Shown here in pieces: positions 24,486-38,600 of a stretch of DNA of 64,000 nucleotides (positions within the stretch are counted from its first letter, which is position 1; every line of letters starts with the position of its first letter). Source of the DNA: Fimbriosthenelais zetlandica (taxonomy: Eukaryota). A model generated the notes under the pieces. That model was not told the origin of the DNA and made no database searches. It worked only from the letters and a program-made list of their open reading frames with translations. Location: positions 20,336,001 through 20,400,000 of the forward strand of contig OZ365110.1 of assembly GCA_977030845.1 (NCBI GenBank), in the 5' to 3' direction. The position numbers and the translations under genes are program-made.

Positions 24486-27400
24486 CTGAATAGAAAGAAG
24501 AAATGGTTTTATAAATATTTGTATAAAGTTATAAATCAACTTGAAGATTACTAAAGTGCACAATACCAAAACCCTATATCAGACGCAAGGGTGGCCACAT
24601 ACAAGACAACATGTCTAGACATGTGATATAAATTAAAACGTGGGTCAATATTTAAAGATAATTAGTTTAATCTAAATGTATAAATCGATCTATTGCCATT
24701 GATCAATTGACATGCAGCTTTCTATCTGCGAAACTCCAATGATCATCATAGCAACATAGGACAAAATTATTCCAAAAATTCCAAAATGAAATGATTACTA
24801 TTGTATCACGAAAGCAGAAGATGCGGACACCTCACACCAATTACACCACTTCTCACCTGCTTTAATTCTACCCCTCACCTGTAATTTTCATCACAATATA
24901 TTTATGTCTGTAACACACGTGCAAAACTACCAATTACCCCAAGAAGGGAGAACCTCTGAACCCAAAGCCCAACATCCAACCCTTATCTACGAACCTATAA
25001 CTAGCACAAGAACAGCTTATCTATCAATGGGTTTACAAAAGCTTCAGTCATAAATAAATCCCAGGGATGCTCCGAGAGAAAAGACTGCAGTATAAAGACC
25101 CATAAATCAGAGATATCAGTAGAAATGAACCTCTCCAGACACTGAGAGCCATTCCTCCAGGTCCTCCTCCACGGAGTAGCCTCCCAGGAGGACGTGCTTG
25201 GACCAGGAGAAGGATTTCTCCGACTCCATTAACAATTCCAGCTCCAATGAGAGTACTGTTGGACACATCATGGTCCAAGTTTCTCAGGTAACACCAATGA
25301 CGCTCTTATCTGATATTTATAGTTTGTCAGGTGTCAAAGATTGCAACACCTTGATCTTAATGCACTGTCTGGACTCTTTCTGGTCTAAGATGCTGAAACC
25401 ATGGCCTGGATCTGGATCACTAATCCTGGTTTGAAGTATAAATCTTTTGGTAATTCTCGAGGAAATCTTATAAGAAAATTACCGTGTCTATGAGTAGCTC
25501 GTAGCCTAGACTTGTATAATCCGAGGACAGTATGTTTAGGATATTAGAGAAGCGAAGTCTGTCAGCTATCTTCATTATGATTTTGATACTGCTCAACTAT
25601 CACAACTGAACCCTGTCAGGTCATATGATGCACTAATATATAGTTTCAGGGTACATCCTATCTATCCCTTGATTCTATTTTGATACTTCTAGATACATGT
25701 GAATAATACTGGTTGTTCCGTATACTACTAAAGTTGCCCTGGAACTGTTCCGCGTATCGCCACCCACTATCAAGTACTCAAATCTAAGTCTTTCAGGTAA
25801 AATTTACTTCCAGACAAGGAAAGATTCTTGAGTATTTTCCATGGGACTAACTTAAATCATTGTCAATGACTTTAACTGAAATGACTATGAATGAGTTGAA
25901 AATGAACACAAAATGTATTCATGAAGATGTGGTTTATATTTTGGTTCTACTGAGGAACAGGGGAAGAACCACATCCTGAATGAAGGAATACATCATATCC
26001 TCCAGGCTTGGCGTGCCCCAAACAATACTAATAATGTGGATGTTCAGTGGTACTGAGCACTCCCATTGATAAGGTCGGAAAATAGGAGATGTTCTCCAAC
26101 AGTGCTCAAGGAAATGTACCCATTGGTCTCCTTTCACTACTGTTTTACCTTGTCAACACCTTGTACATTTATGACTGGCATGTACAGCATGTTCTCCTGC
26201 AGTTTAAGCATTTATTAGTAGTGTGAAGATTTCTACTTTAAGAAAGGTTTGAGAAGCCCTGGAGCTATTATGTAAAAAATACGAGCAAGATGACTAATGC
26301 TTGCCAATCTTCACAAACCATCGCATGGAAGTGTCCACACTATTATCATGTCAATGCCTGTTTGATATACAGGTTTAGTTTTCCTATAGACTGGGTTACA
26401 AAATGACTTTTGACCTTTTTTAACACTGTTTTGTGTGACAAAACGTTGCCAGATGGCACTTGAGTCTAGGATCGAGTTGTCACCACTGTAGCCCATGGGC
26501 GATTATAATTAGCAGTCGCGCATTCATTTACCTGTGACAGCTTTCAAAGAGTCATTTCATTTTCAGTCAGGCATTTGTAACCAAAAGCTTGAATGGAGCC
26601 CATTCATCAAACAGTGAATATAATAAGGATCGAGAAGGCAATAAAGACATAGCCTGGAATATCAATTTCAATAACTAAGGGGTTTTGTTCAATTTATAAA
26701 TCATTCATAAATTTTTGAAAGGTACCCATTTGAAGTCATCCGATGATCACCAAGTAAAGGGATACGGATATTTTGGATATTATTATTTTGTTCATTTCAA
26801 AGTGAACTAAAGTGAAATAATGGAAATTACATTATGAAATCACGTTTCATTTTCCCCCCGATAGTTATCACATCCCAGAATCAGTATCCCACTCCAAAAG
26901 AATCATAAAAGCTTCTAAAGACATCATCTCCGTTGATTTAAATACACAGGCTACATCTTAACTTGTGTCAATATCATCAAGGCAGAGCGTGTGAAATTTG
27001 AAGTGATCGATTGTAAGTCCCTAAGGGGTAATGGTAATGATGACAACCTCATAAGGTTCAACTATGGGTCCATGCTTGAAGGGGTGTCAAACTGATACAG
27101 AATAACGTATACAACTCCAGGCCTGATAAGCAGGCAGATAAAACGAGTGCTTTATTAGAATCTGGGTGTGGGGTCGGTAGGCACATCATTCATGGTTTCA
27201 TGTCTTGTCCTGTGATGCAGACTGTTGTAGGTTGTCTAAGATGACTTAACACTGGCTTAACATTAGGCGGAACATCTACAGTTATTGTTCAATACGACAA
27301 AGTGTTCAAGTCAGATCACAACTTGTACGAATATCAAAGGTAAATGATATCCACCCAGGAGGTGTTAGACAAGGATGTCCCAAGACAAGAAAATTGTGTA

Positions 27401-30400
27401 AATGCCACAAAAAAGGTCATCCAACACATAATATCCGAAGAAACAGTCATTGGATATGGTACTTACTAAATTCTATAACAGAGAAAATCATATAGTACGG
27501 TAAACTATGACTTATGTCCAACCTGGTGATTGCAGTATTTCGTATTGGTACGAAACACCTGCAACACAGGGCAATGGAAAAAAGCTGGCACTCTTTATGA
27601 TAAAAAACAAGCTAAAAATGAGCTAAATGAAATTTGAAACTGGCTGCAGAAGATCCTATGAAACCATAATTAATTGCGTCTTATTTATAAAATACCTAAG
27701 AAGAAAAGACTTTATGTTCGGTAGATAGACCGAGAGGGAAACGAGAAACATTTCAATGGAAAATAATCACACTCTTGGGGCAGGTGTAACTGTTATAGTA
27801 GCTCCAGTGAAGTGGGTGTTGGGGTGAGGGGGTGTTAAAGGATGCCCATCTGCCAGAGTTCAACAATAATTTGAGGGCATGTCTCCGCAGGTTAAGGACC
27901 TCGTGAAGACCTTTCTTAAGATCTTTATTTCTGCTTGGCCGCCACCGTTTTTCGAGTGAGAAGTTCAATCAATGGTAAGGGAGAGAGCTGTGCTTCTATG
28001 GAATCTATAGTGCTCCAAACACACATTGAGGACTGGGGGGTATTTTAGAGAAATTATTACCAGCAAAATAAGATTTTCTAAGTAGATGTTATGTAAAAGC
28101 AAATTGAAGGGGAAAAGGTGATTGAAATACTTTCTCTTGTTGCATCGATCCATCATGATTGCAGTCATAAGCAATTACATTGTACCTCGCAGGTACATGA
28201 GAATTTGGGGTATTTTTTAATTAAATATGAATGATTCACATACATAGGATGGATTAATGTTTAGTTGAAGGTAAAATTATAAAAACTCCAGCACGAAGAA
28301 ATGGGTTCATTCAGAACAAAGAGTCCTACACAATCACTGATGTTGAACAAGGACAATGTACTCATTGACTACATCAAATGCCTAACGTAAATATATTATT
28401 TGCCTAAATATAAGTAAGAGATGGATGTGGTATTCTACCCAGGCCAACATAATTACAGGCTGTAGTAGGTTTATAATTTACAAGAGATTGGCTCATTACA
28501 TCAGGAGGAATGTAAATGAGCAGAAGGTGTCATTGTAAAGTGAGAAATCCGTGAGATTCTACATACTAAAACAAAGCATTTGGGGCTGATCCAATTAGTG
28601 ATGTCAAAAGTCTGACTCTAGTGTGTTCATTGCTCATAATTATTAAATTATGTACTCATGTGAATCATACAAGCGGGCTTAATACGAAACCCATAATAAG
28701 CAATGAACCCCATGGAAAAATATAATCGATCTCTCAAGAAAACTATGAGCGTACTGATGATGACATACCAAAGGAAGCACCAAAAATACGTAAGGTTGCC
28801 TCCATTCAACATTCCATCCATGGAATTAAACATCCATTCATAAATTGTACTGTATTTAGAATGAACGGAGACAAGTCATAACAAACCAACTTCAAAAATC
28901 AATACGAGGAACGTCCTAATAGATCCTAACGATCCTCAAATAAAAGAGTTAAACAGTTCAAAGATCTCCCTATGAATACAGAATTTAATTTGATGGGGGT
29001 GCTTTATGGATGATATAAAAACCTATTATAAACTTCCGAATTGATTAAAGTCCAAAGATGTGCAATGTATGGTCTATACCTATAAGAAACGCGTACAGGT
29101 CTGGTCTTATTTGGAGAAAGACTCGATAAAAAGTCTTTCAAATATTAATCAATCAGAGCATGTCTTGTCGAAGAAAAAGCTCGCCAAGCATGCAGTCAAT
29201 ACCTAATGGTAGTCCTTCACCACCACGTGTTTCCAGGTGATATATTCCCAATACTCCTCCCTCAGCTACATCTAAGCTGTTACTTTGGTCCTCTGTGTGT
29301 ACAAACATTTATTAAGACAACACACAACCAAGATGTCCCGGGTCCCACTTCCTCCTGTTTCCAACCAAGGACTCGTGTACACTCATCATCCACAGCATGG
29401 AGAAAGCATGGGCAGATATACATGTATTCCGAGTTGATGTGATTTATCTCATTGGGGTCATGAATCATCATCGACACTTAAAATGCCATATGTTCAAGTC
29501 TAGGACTCTTGTAATCATGTCTGGTTTTATTCCCACAGTAGGTTTTATAAACTGGTTCGAGATTCGCATTCTTTCATCAAGGAACTTCTTGATGAATAAA
29601 ATACCATTAGATAAATACACGATGTAGGTCAAGGAATTCATAATTAACAGATGCTATAATTCCAGCAATCATTCAGCCATAATTAAATCATTAATTATTT
29701 GTACACTATGTAATATATTAGTTTTCCCGCCTTTACAAATGGGGAGTATGTTATTTTAGATACTATATTTAATACAAAAGCGCATTTCTTGAAAGGTACG
29801 TCATCAAAGGTGTCGGTTAAAGCATAATAATAGCCTGTCATAATATAGATCTGATCTTCACCACTCTACCCACCTTCTTAGCGTATCTTTGTCTGCTCAT
29901 CTTCGTCAGCCCATCCTGGCTGGGTTCTTTTCAGATCTTAATCTTGATATATTTTTTCTCTCAGAAATCATTGTACGTCAGGTCTGAACCTCTGCTGTTA
30001 CTATTATACCATACTATGATCCTGACTCCATTCTCCGGAGGGAAGTCACGCCCCGGAGCCCCCCAAACTGATCCTGAGGCGGGCATTTGTATAACACTAA
30101 TCACTATTCCCACGACTGTGTCCAAATTAATATTCACCGCACATATCAAACATGAGCAAGAAATGCATGTGTACACAAACTTTGATGTGCATTCAGAAAG
30201 AAATCACAAATCCTCTAGATATAGTTGATGATGATACTAAAAACCATGATCCATATGATGTCACATTGTCCCGATTCCTTGAATGGACTCTCCACTTGTA
30301 AGAGTGATATCACATAAAGTACCACATGTCTGGGGACGGAGTGAAAGGTAGTGACGAAAGCATTGAACCTTCTCCTCTGATCCAGCAAGGATCTGATAGG

Positions 30401-33400
30401 GTAGATGCTGTCAGGGGGTAGGAAAGGACTGAGGAAGAACAGCCAGGTGCAAATAGACATGTGTCAATACATGCAGGCTTTGTCAGATGAAGGCTTTCCA
30501 TGCCTAGTTGACTATCCTTACTAGGTACTGTATACAGCACTCCAATTATTTCTCCCCATACAATCTTACTGTCTGATAATTAGAGGAATGATCCCATTTT
30601 TTTTCAGCAGGAGCGCACATGCTTCTATGATATCATCCTTGTCACGAAAAGGTCATGGAGTCATAATTTTGAATGGGAAAAAAATTCCAGAATAAGGCCA
30701 GCCTGTGTTTTGGTTAAGTTATTGCCATAATTTCTATACATGTCTGAATGCTTTTAATACACATTTATGGTCCTTTTATGATCAATTTTCCATCCTATAT
30801 CTCCCATGGAGTTCCTTGTTGGTGCCTATTAAGTTATGGTTTAATAGCAGCATTAAGGTTGAATTCTCTGAGAAAGTGTTTGATTCTAAGCAATTAAGAT
30901 GCTTTTCTTAGCTCGCAAATGGGTTCGATGCCCTGTGAAACATAAATAGGACATTTATAATGCAATAAACCGTGGTAAATACACAGGTCCAGTGAACTCC
31001 AATAGACTTTAATCCATTTTTCCAGGAGTCAACGATGCCCTAATCCGACAGGTCAGGGTACAGCAAAGTTGGGAGCTAAAAAGTTGAGAAATGCCCCAGG
31101 TGCTCATTAAATGGGTCTATTCCAAGAACCGGGTGCAGCTATTTTTAACTAAAAGGAAACCCTCAAAAGTTATGAACCATTCAATCTATGATTTGGATTA
31201 ATCTCTGCTTAGATGAGGTAGATTCTGGACTTCCAGTATGGTTCTTTAAGAACCTTATAAATCTGGATCACTCCAAAACATTTCAAATGATCATGGCCTT
31301 GTGGACATGGTGGGACTTCTGCTATTTTTTCCAAAGGTTTGCCCTGAAGTATGTCCACCTACATATATCCTCCTGGAACCACGTTTGTAAACCAACCACC
31401 TGTTGGTTTTATTTACAATTCAAACAGAGAATAGCAGAACGCTCCATGGACGCTGCCACAGGGAGAGGGAATCCCACATTGGGCCATTCTGGAGATGCTT
31501 ACATTCTAGGCACCCTGCCACAACGTCCAGCAATCCTCCCAACAATAGGCAAATATGCATAGCAAATCCTCCAATTAATTCTTAGGAGTCCCTGACAATT
31601 TTCTCTCCACTTGAATGGTACAATTCCTCTCAAAAGAACAGATGCCTTTGGGACCATGTCAATGTATATATGCGAGTGGCCTATATGTTATATATAGTCA
31701 ATATAGATTCAGCAGATTTAGGACTTTTGATTGAAGTTTCCCTTTAGTCTAGATGTGATTGTTCCGTTTATATTTATGTTATCAGGATCCTCTGAAGTCA
31801 TCACTGGTGACTGGGTACGCTGTAACACAATGAAGACTTTTGATCAGATCCAGGGATGCTCCCAGAAATTATATAGATCCTCCAGATGATTTTCTGATTT
31901 GACAAAAGTCAGGCGCTTCATTATCAAACTAAGATATAATGATCCACTGAAGTCTCAGTGAGATGAGCTACACCAAATTCTCATCCAAGTTTTTCATGAC
32001 CTAAGAAGACTACCCACTTTTTTAATCCAACAGAATGCTTCCTTTGAAACACATTCTCCCAATTTTGGTTAGTAATGCCATTAAATGAACATCATCAATC
32101 CCTGTGATTCCACCTTAGTAGGCTGGTGACACTTTACATCTTACAGCTTCATCACACCACGTGACAATCACATGACTCCTGAGCATCACAGGTAAAGGAG
32201 GATGAGGAAGTAAAGGTGTCAGCATGCAAAAAATATCCCTCTCACTTTGTCTTCTGTAGGTTCTTCATAACATAGTGCCATGAGGAGAAGGGGGGATGGT
32301 GAGTGTCATTTGGGTGGTAGCCACGGGACATGCACTGGTGGTGGTGGTGGTGGTAGTGGTGGAGGTCCACAGTGGTGGTACCTGTATCCAGGCTACCAGC
32401 TGTTGCGCTTACGGACCTGCCTCACCTGGACTCTTAAATACCTCTGGCTTGTTCCAAACTCGAGTATGTACACCTCCGCATGTGTGGTCATCAGTAGAGA
32501 GCCGCACAAAATCAGGTTATCTCCATCAGTCATGGACAAACATATTATCAATGGCAGGATCATGACCGTTTTCACAACCCAAATGTGTTTGGGCTGGGTG
32601 ACAAAGAGTGCCTCTTGACATACATGTTGATCTAGGAGAAATGATCAGGGTATTAAATATCATAAATCATATCATAAATGTGCTCCCCCGATCCATTGTT
32701 GTGTGATTGAAAGACCAAATGAACTTGGGTCTTCTCGATTAAATTCCTATTGAATCTAGATATCCAAACCGAAATCAGAGTGACCAAAACAAATTCCAAA
32801 ATCAATTGAAAATTGAATCGGCTGGTTGTCCAAGTCAAGGTGAAGTTAGGCTTTCAAAAACCAGTAGGTTATATCTCTCTGGAAGATGAAGGGCTCTTTG
32901 ACCTAGAGATTGATTTCCTAGAGAATCACTTCCTTGGTTCAGGTATGTGCTCACCAAGCTTGACTCAACCTCAGGTCTCAATCCGGATCATATCATTTCT
33001 AAATTCTATCATTTAGATAATGAAGTGGTATATCTCCCACTGATATTTGGAAACTGTCCGAGTGGGAGAGGAGTTAATATGCGGTCTGGGCATATGTCTC
33101 CACGCTATTGGTGGCATTGTGCCCTTTTGGGAGCCTTTATTATGGGTCTCCCTGCTCCAGGTGTGAAGGGCCGGGTCAGGTATCTGGTGGGAAAGTACGT
33201 AACGGGGATCCATGCATTGTTGCCCGAGGATCAAGTCATTGAAAAGGCCCCCGGTGTTCTTTTTATAGGACTCACCACGGGATAGGTCTTAATAACAGTG
33301 TAAGGGAGCGAGAACTTGTTGCCATGTTTAGATCAATATAATTATATCCCCGACCCACTTCACCGTTGTCATTAGTCATGGTAAATGGCCTAATAAGTCT

Positions 33401-35586
33401 AATTTTTGCCTAAAAGAACGTGAAAGATTTGGTAGACATACGTAGAGAGACGTCAGGAGAAGGGGATAGATTTTTATATTAATTACTTCCTACTGAAAAT
33501 TGTACAGTGAAACTTCACTTTAATTTTGATGCTTATTAAGGACCCGAGCCAAGTAGGGCGCTAGAATCTGTTGTCCCTTTTCACGGTAGATTGGCGGGCT
33601 CTCTGGCACATCGACTGCCATTTAGTGACATGTTAATTGAGCTCTTCCCCCGTCCGTCATTATAGCCAATACATGGATGGGAATGAGCCAAGATGTGTCA
33701 AACGCGACAAGCTTCCACTACCAGAATTAGAATGGGGATGAAGTTATGAGAAATTATACAATTAAATGTCACCGATGATGGCCACCCTTTAATTGAAAAT
33801 ACAGGGCTCCTAGCTATGATTCCAACAATCAGTCAATTTTTTTAGAATAAAACTTGGATCCATGTAATATGGCCTTTAAAGTTCTCTTAATTTGCAAAGC
33901 TAATTTTGGGCTACTTCCTCTTGCTAGATATACATTTGTAGAGGCCAGGTATCATTTTTTAATGAGATAAATCTAGACCTAGTCTGGATATCTCTACTTA
34001 ACTTGTGTTCACCCTTGTGTGAAAGGAGTGCATTGTGTTCCATCGTCCATGACCACAACTTTCAACTTTGGAGAAAATAAATCTTAATTCGAGTATTTAC
34101 ACCTGACAATGGTATTCCCGGGTATCAGATTATACCAAATAAATAAAATCTTGATACGTGTCCTGTTTCAAGTTGTCAAATCACCCTTTAGAATGGGAAG
34201 ACTTAAACGGGATCTCTTTTTTGATAATTATTTGCCTGGGACTTAAGTGGCAGAACCGGGCAAGATCTTCACTTGTACTTGCATAAATGATCTGAATTTT
34301 GTCGGAGACATTTTGCGTCTAACAGCAAGATAATAGCAAAAATTGTCAGTTTTCAAGGAGATAGGGACATTTTATTTAGCAAGGTTATACTGTATAATAT
34401 CACTATCTTGTACGGATGGCTGATTTTGATACTATCTAATAAACATCAGAGAAAATGACACGTAAATCCAGGTGCTCATCTATCATCCAGAGATACATTA
34501 AAAAAAGAACCCTTTGTTTTGTGAGAGAGACAGGCAATTTAAATTGAGATCAAAGGGAATTTGTATTGGTTGATTATATCATTTTCATTTCCATCCCAGA
34601 TACATAGTTATTGTGTCACATACTTTTGCCAAGCAGATATAATAATGTGGAATTTAATTAAAGGTGGGAGATTTCTTAAAGACAGGATATTAAATAAGAG
34701 ACATTTTAAATGCTTGAAACAAAAAATGATATCTAAAAGACTTCGGGAGGAATTCAGGGCAAATTGTTGGCATGACTTCTATGGGAAATAAATTGTGATT
34801 TCTAAATGAATAAACGTTGGATGGAGTGAGGAGGGAAGCTTACCTGGAGTCGTAAATTATTCCTGATGGCTTGTTCCAAGAGAGAGATATGTGTGATTTG
34901 TAAACTTATATCATGAACACGGTACAAACCCATGATCATCATGATATTCCAAGTTTAACTCACCCACGAGGGGCATGGGTAACTCACTCACGTCATGTGT
35001 ATATCCATGTGTATAAATTAATAAACTTTTACAAGTAAGTATAATGGAATCAATGCCAGGTCCGTCCTCACCCAAGACATAACAGGTAATGAAGAAATGA
35101 CCTGGAAGCTTTCTTTTAGTGAAAACTTTGGTGTTTGATGCCCTCATAATTATTACATAACGGTTCCTTTAAACAGGAAGATGGGCAAATGAGGGTCAAA
35201 TACTTTCATAGAGTCTGCGGCTTGCACTGAATATACATACCCACATAGGTGTTAAAACACATCTTTGTAACAGTAAAGAAGCAGTTATGTTGGTTTAGAA
35301 ATAAATCACCAAAGTTTATAATTCCCGGTTGCATTTTCTACACGAGGTAGCTGGGGTGTTAATCGATATATAAACTAACTGTGATGTGGTAGAAGTTTGT
35401 ATGTAAAAAGAAATGGTTTGGTTTGGGGTTTGGTGTGGTTGGGAGATGTAGCGGGAGATGTCAGTCCATACTGTAGGAATGATTGGAGGTTCACCGTTGA
35501 CCCATCGCCAGGTACAAACTGACCAATAGCGACTGGCTCGCGACTGTTTCGCGATCAGCAGGTGTCACCTGGGGTGCCATACAATA

Positions 35587-35601
35587 GGGGGGGGGGGGGG
35601 G
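35587..35601. repeat. G15 homopolymer (also G12 at 49820-49831, A12 at 1519-1530)
   Basis: Seen directly; homopolymer lengths may be assembly-dependent. Confidence 0.9.
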
Positions 35602-38600
35602 TGCAAAACAATAAGGCAGAAGGGGCTCACTACTGTGGCAGGGCTAGGTAGACCAGTATACTTTGTTGAGTCCGGGCATCATGTACAAATTAATTATTCA
35701 AGTAAAAAATCTGTACAATGTGCATGACTTCTGTGTCAATGCGAGGCCAGATTATTTTTATTGAGTTGGAGCATCATATAATTTGAAAGAAAAAAAATGA
35801 AATACTGAATCGAAATCCATTGATAAATTCATCAAGAGTGGTAATGGTCATGCTTAAAATATGAAATCAAACCATCAAACAGAACGATTTGTCATCATTC
35901 AATCGAAGTTTTAAAATCTACACTAATTAATTTGACGGATTACATATACATCAGACATGTAGATTTTAATTAATTCCCGCCCCTATCCTCGGTATTCCAC
36001 CTGCTGAATTATTTCAACCAGCAGGAGGGCACCGGTCGAATACCTTTGAGGCTAACCGACAGACAGTAGCTTCTAAAATATATAATGAAGAGTCTAACGT
36101 CCTGGGAAAGTTCAAACATTAGAGGGAACTTCTAAAGAAGGTGTTAATCCAATCGACACGACTGGGGGAGAAGCTAAATCACGCCTGTGATTCCCGGTAT
36201 TAATAATTTTGACATATATTTAACTTTATGACTTCCATATTTATTAGTGATTTAAGTAAGTTATGGGTGAAAATAATGACATGAAAGATGTCGTTTGAAA
36301 GAATAAATCAAACTTGGTATATCATGGAAGAAAAGCAGGAAGGATCAATAAACACTTGAGACCCATTTGTTATCATATATGACAAGTGTAAGCACCAATT
36401 TTCCTATAAATGCTCCCGACTGCACTCAAAGCGTGTACACAGTGAATAAGATAGGGCCTGATAGGATCCGTCTTGGGGGTACATTATTTCTGAGCTTATC
36501 ACTGATGGAGACAAGCACTATCAGTCGCCTGCCACATATAAAACTGGTAAAACTGTGTTTCCAGCAGGACATGCACCCATATGCCCTCTGGTGTATAATA
36601 CATGCACTAGAATCACCGAGCATAAGCATTCTGCTAATTCTCACATACATGTACACCGGGCAGAAATTTAATATTTTGAAATATTTTATTTCGGCTAGGG
36701 ACTGGGAGCATAATGTTTAAGTGCAATGACCGAAATATTATATGATCATAATAACATAATATGTATCAGGGATTAAAGTTTTGTTGGGTTGTTTATTAGG
36801 GCATTGCTATATTATTATTGTGGATCACTATGTATGAGTAGAAGTATAAATTTATCATAGTCAATCGGCCATAAATAATCTTGAATCGCAGGAAGTTATC
36901 CCAGATATAATCACCGTTATAAATTTATATCCTTTCAGTATATTTAATTTGCATATATTGGGGCGTGCCTGAGTTCTTATCAAAAGGCATAATACAATGG
37001 TCAAAGTTCCATATGTTACTGTTTGTATTGGGATGAAACGAGTGTATGTCAATTTACCAGCTTAATCCCACCCCCACACTCTTCATTCCAATATTCAAAG
37101 GTTTTGTTTGCTGGGAAAGCAGAGTGACACTAGTGAACACCAAAAATGTGATATCCCACTGTAAATCATCCAAGACTCTATGCAAACAAGCCGGTTAAAA
37201 ACCAAGTTAATAAAGGCATGGGTGACGACTAAGGGTTCACACTGACAATACACAAGCGGGGTCTAATGTCGTGCAAGAATATCCCAAGTGCATCTTCAAA
37301 GGTATTTGCACCTAGTGCTCAAGAATCAAGGCAATCATTCTAGCTCCATTTCATTACTGTCATGCCCTTAAAATTATGTGCAAAGACCAAAGATATGTCA
37401 TAAGTGTAAGGAGACAAGAGTATACTTGCTTTAAAGACATTTGGTGAGTAAAATGTACACAAGGTGAAAAAGTCTAGTCACATAATTCAGTTTGTCACTC
37501 GCAATGCAACCTCATCAGAAATTCTTAAGAAGTCTCTGAGGCACATACTGATCACCACTGCCTCGTATAACGGGACCAGCCCCCCGGGTGCCAGTTGTTT
37601 TACAAGATCTTGAAAACCAGACAGGAAATGCTAGGGGGACTGAAGAACAGACAGATATCGAGTTTCATGATTAAACAGATGCTTCACTTTCCTTACCTGG
37701 TTTTTCATGCATTTCCTGCCTATTATAATTGCCTCAGGATTTAGAACTTTTTCTATGGCCCCAAAAAATATTATGCGACATATTTCCCAACACAGATGTA
37801 AGACGATCATTAGAAAGAGAAGATTGAAACAAGGAAACGAGCAACTGCCCTCTGACACAATAAATGTGATCTATTCAGTCTATTTCCAAGTAGCTGTTTC
37901 CGAAGCCCTTATCTTTATCAGAATCTCAGACATTTCCAAAGCTTTAATTGGTCCGTAAGGCACATTGTAGATAAGGAAGATTAATCTGACAAACTTAAAG
38001 CCAATCAATTGGTCAGTGAAGGTCACCATTGTCCAGTTTAGAGTGGACAATGGTGATTCCATCATGAAAACAGACTGTTTGATGTGATGGCTAGTCAAAC
38101 AGGAATGGAGAGTGATATACATCAAGTCTGAAACTGTCCACATATAGGTCGTTGATGCACCTGCCTTTTTACTGGGGGGACACTTGAATGTTTGAAATTT
38201 CAAACAAGGCTTTTGTAGGGTGCTCACCTGCGATGAATGGGACTTTCCTGCAAGTATGAGGCAAAAACTTTCCCCAAACAAACTTAATATATCGGTGGGC
38301 AGTGGATAAGAACTGTTTAGATATTCTGTAGTAAATCTATTTCTAAGAGAAGGGCGGTTAAATACGTGTACACGGCAACATGTTTATAAAACAGTTTTCT
38401 TTATAATAAGGCCAGAATAAATGGCAAGTATAAAACTCACGATGAAGGAGTTCAATCAATGTAAAGATTTGGGGACGGCGGGAGTTATAGAGATGGACAA
38501 TTGTACTAAAAACAGCTAATAATTCATAATAATAAACGTATTCAACTAAATTCTGTAGGAATGTACAACCTGAATGTAGGCTTACACCTCAGTGAATACA

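Noticed and set aside
30310-31921. Minus-strand peptides LEDLYNFWEHPWI (31844-31921) and CWIRGEGSMLSSL (~30350-30390) resembling Mononegavirales L motifs (WGHP; GEGSGSM); also SGDN near 21400 and DGDN near 32530
   Set aside because: Matches are 4-6 residues, the spacing (1.5 kb) is far shorter than in L proteins, and no convincing motif A/B/QGDNQ lies between them. This is chance level unless a profile search says otherwise.
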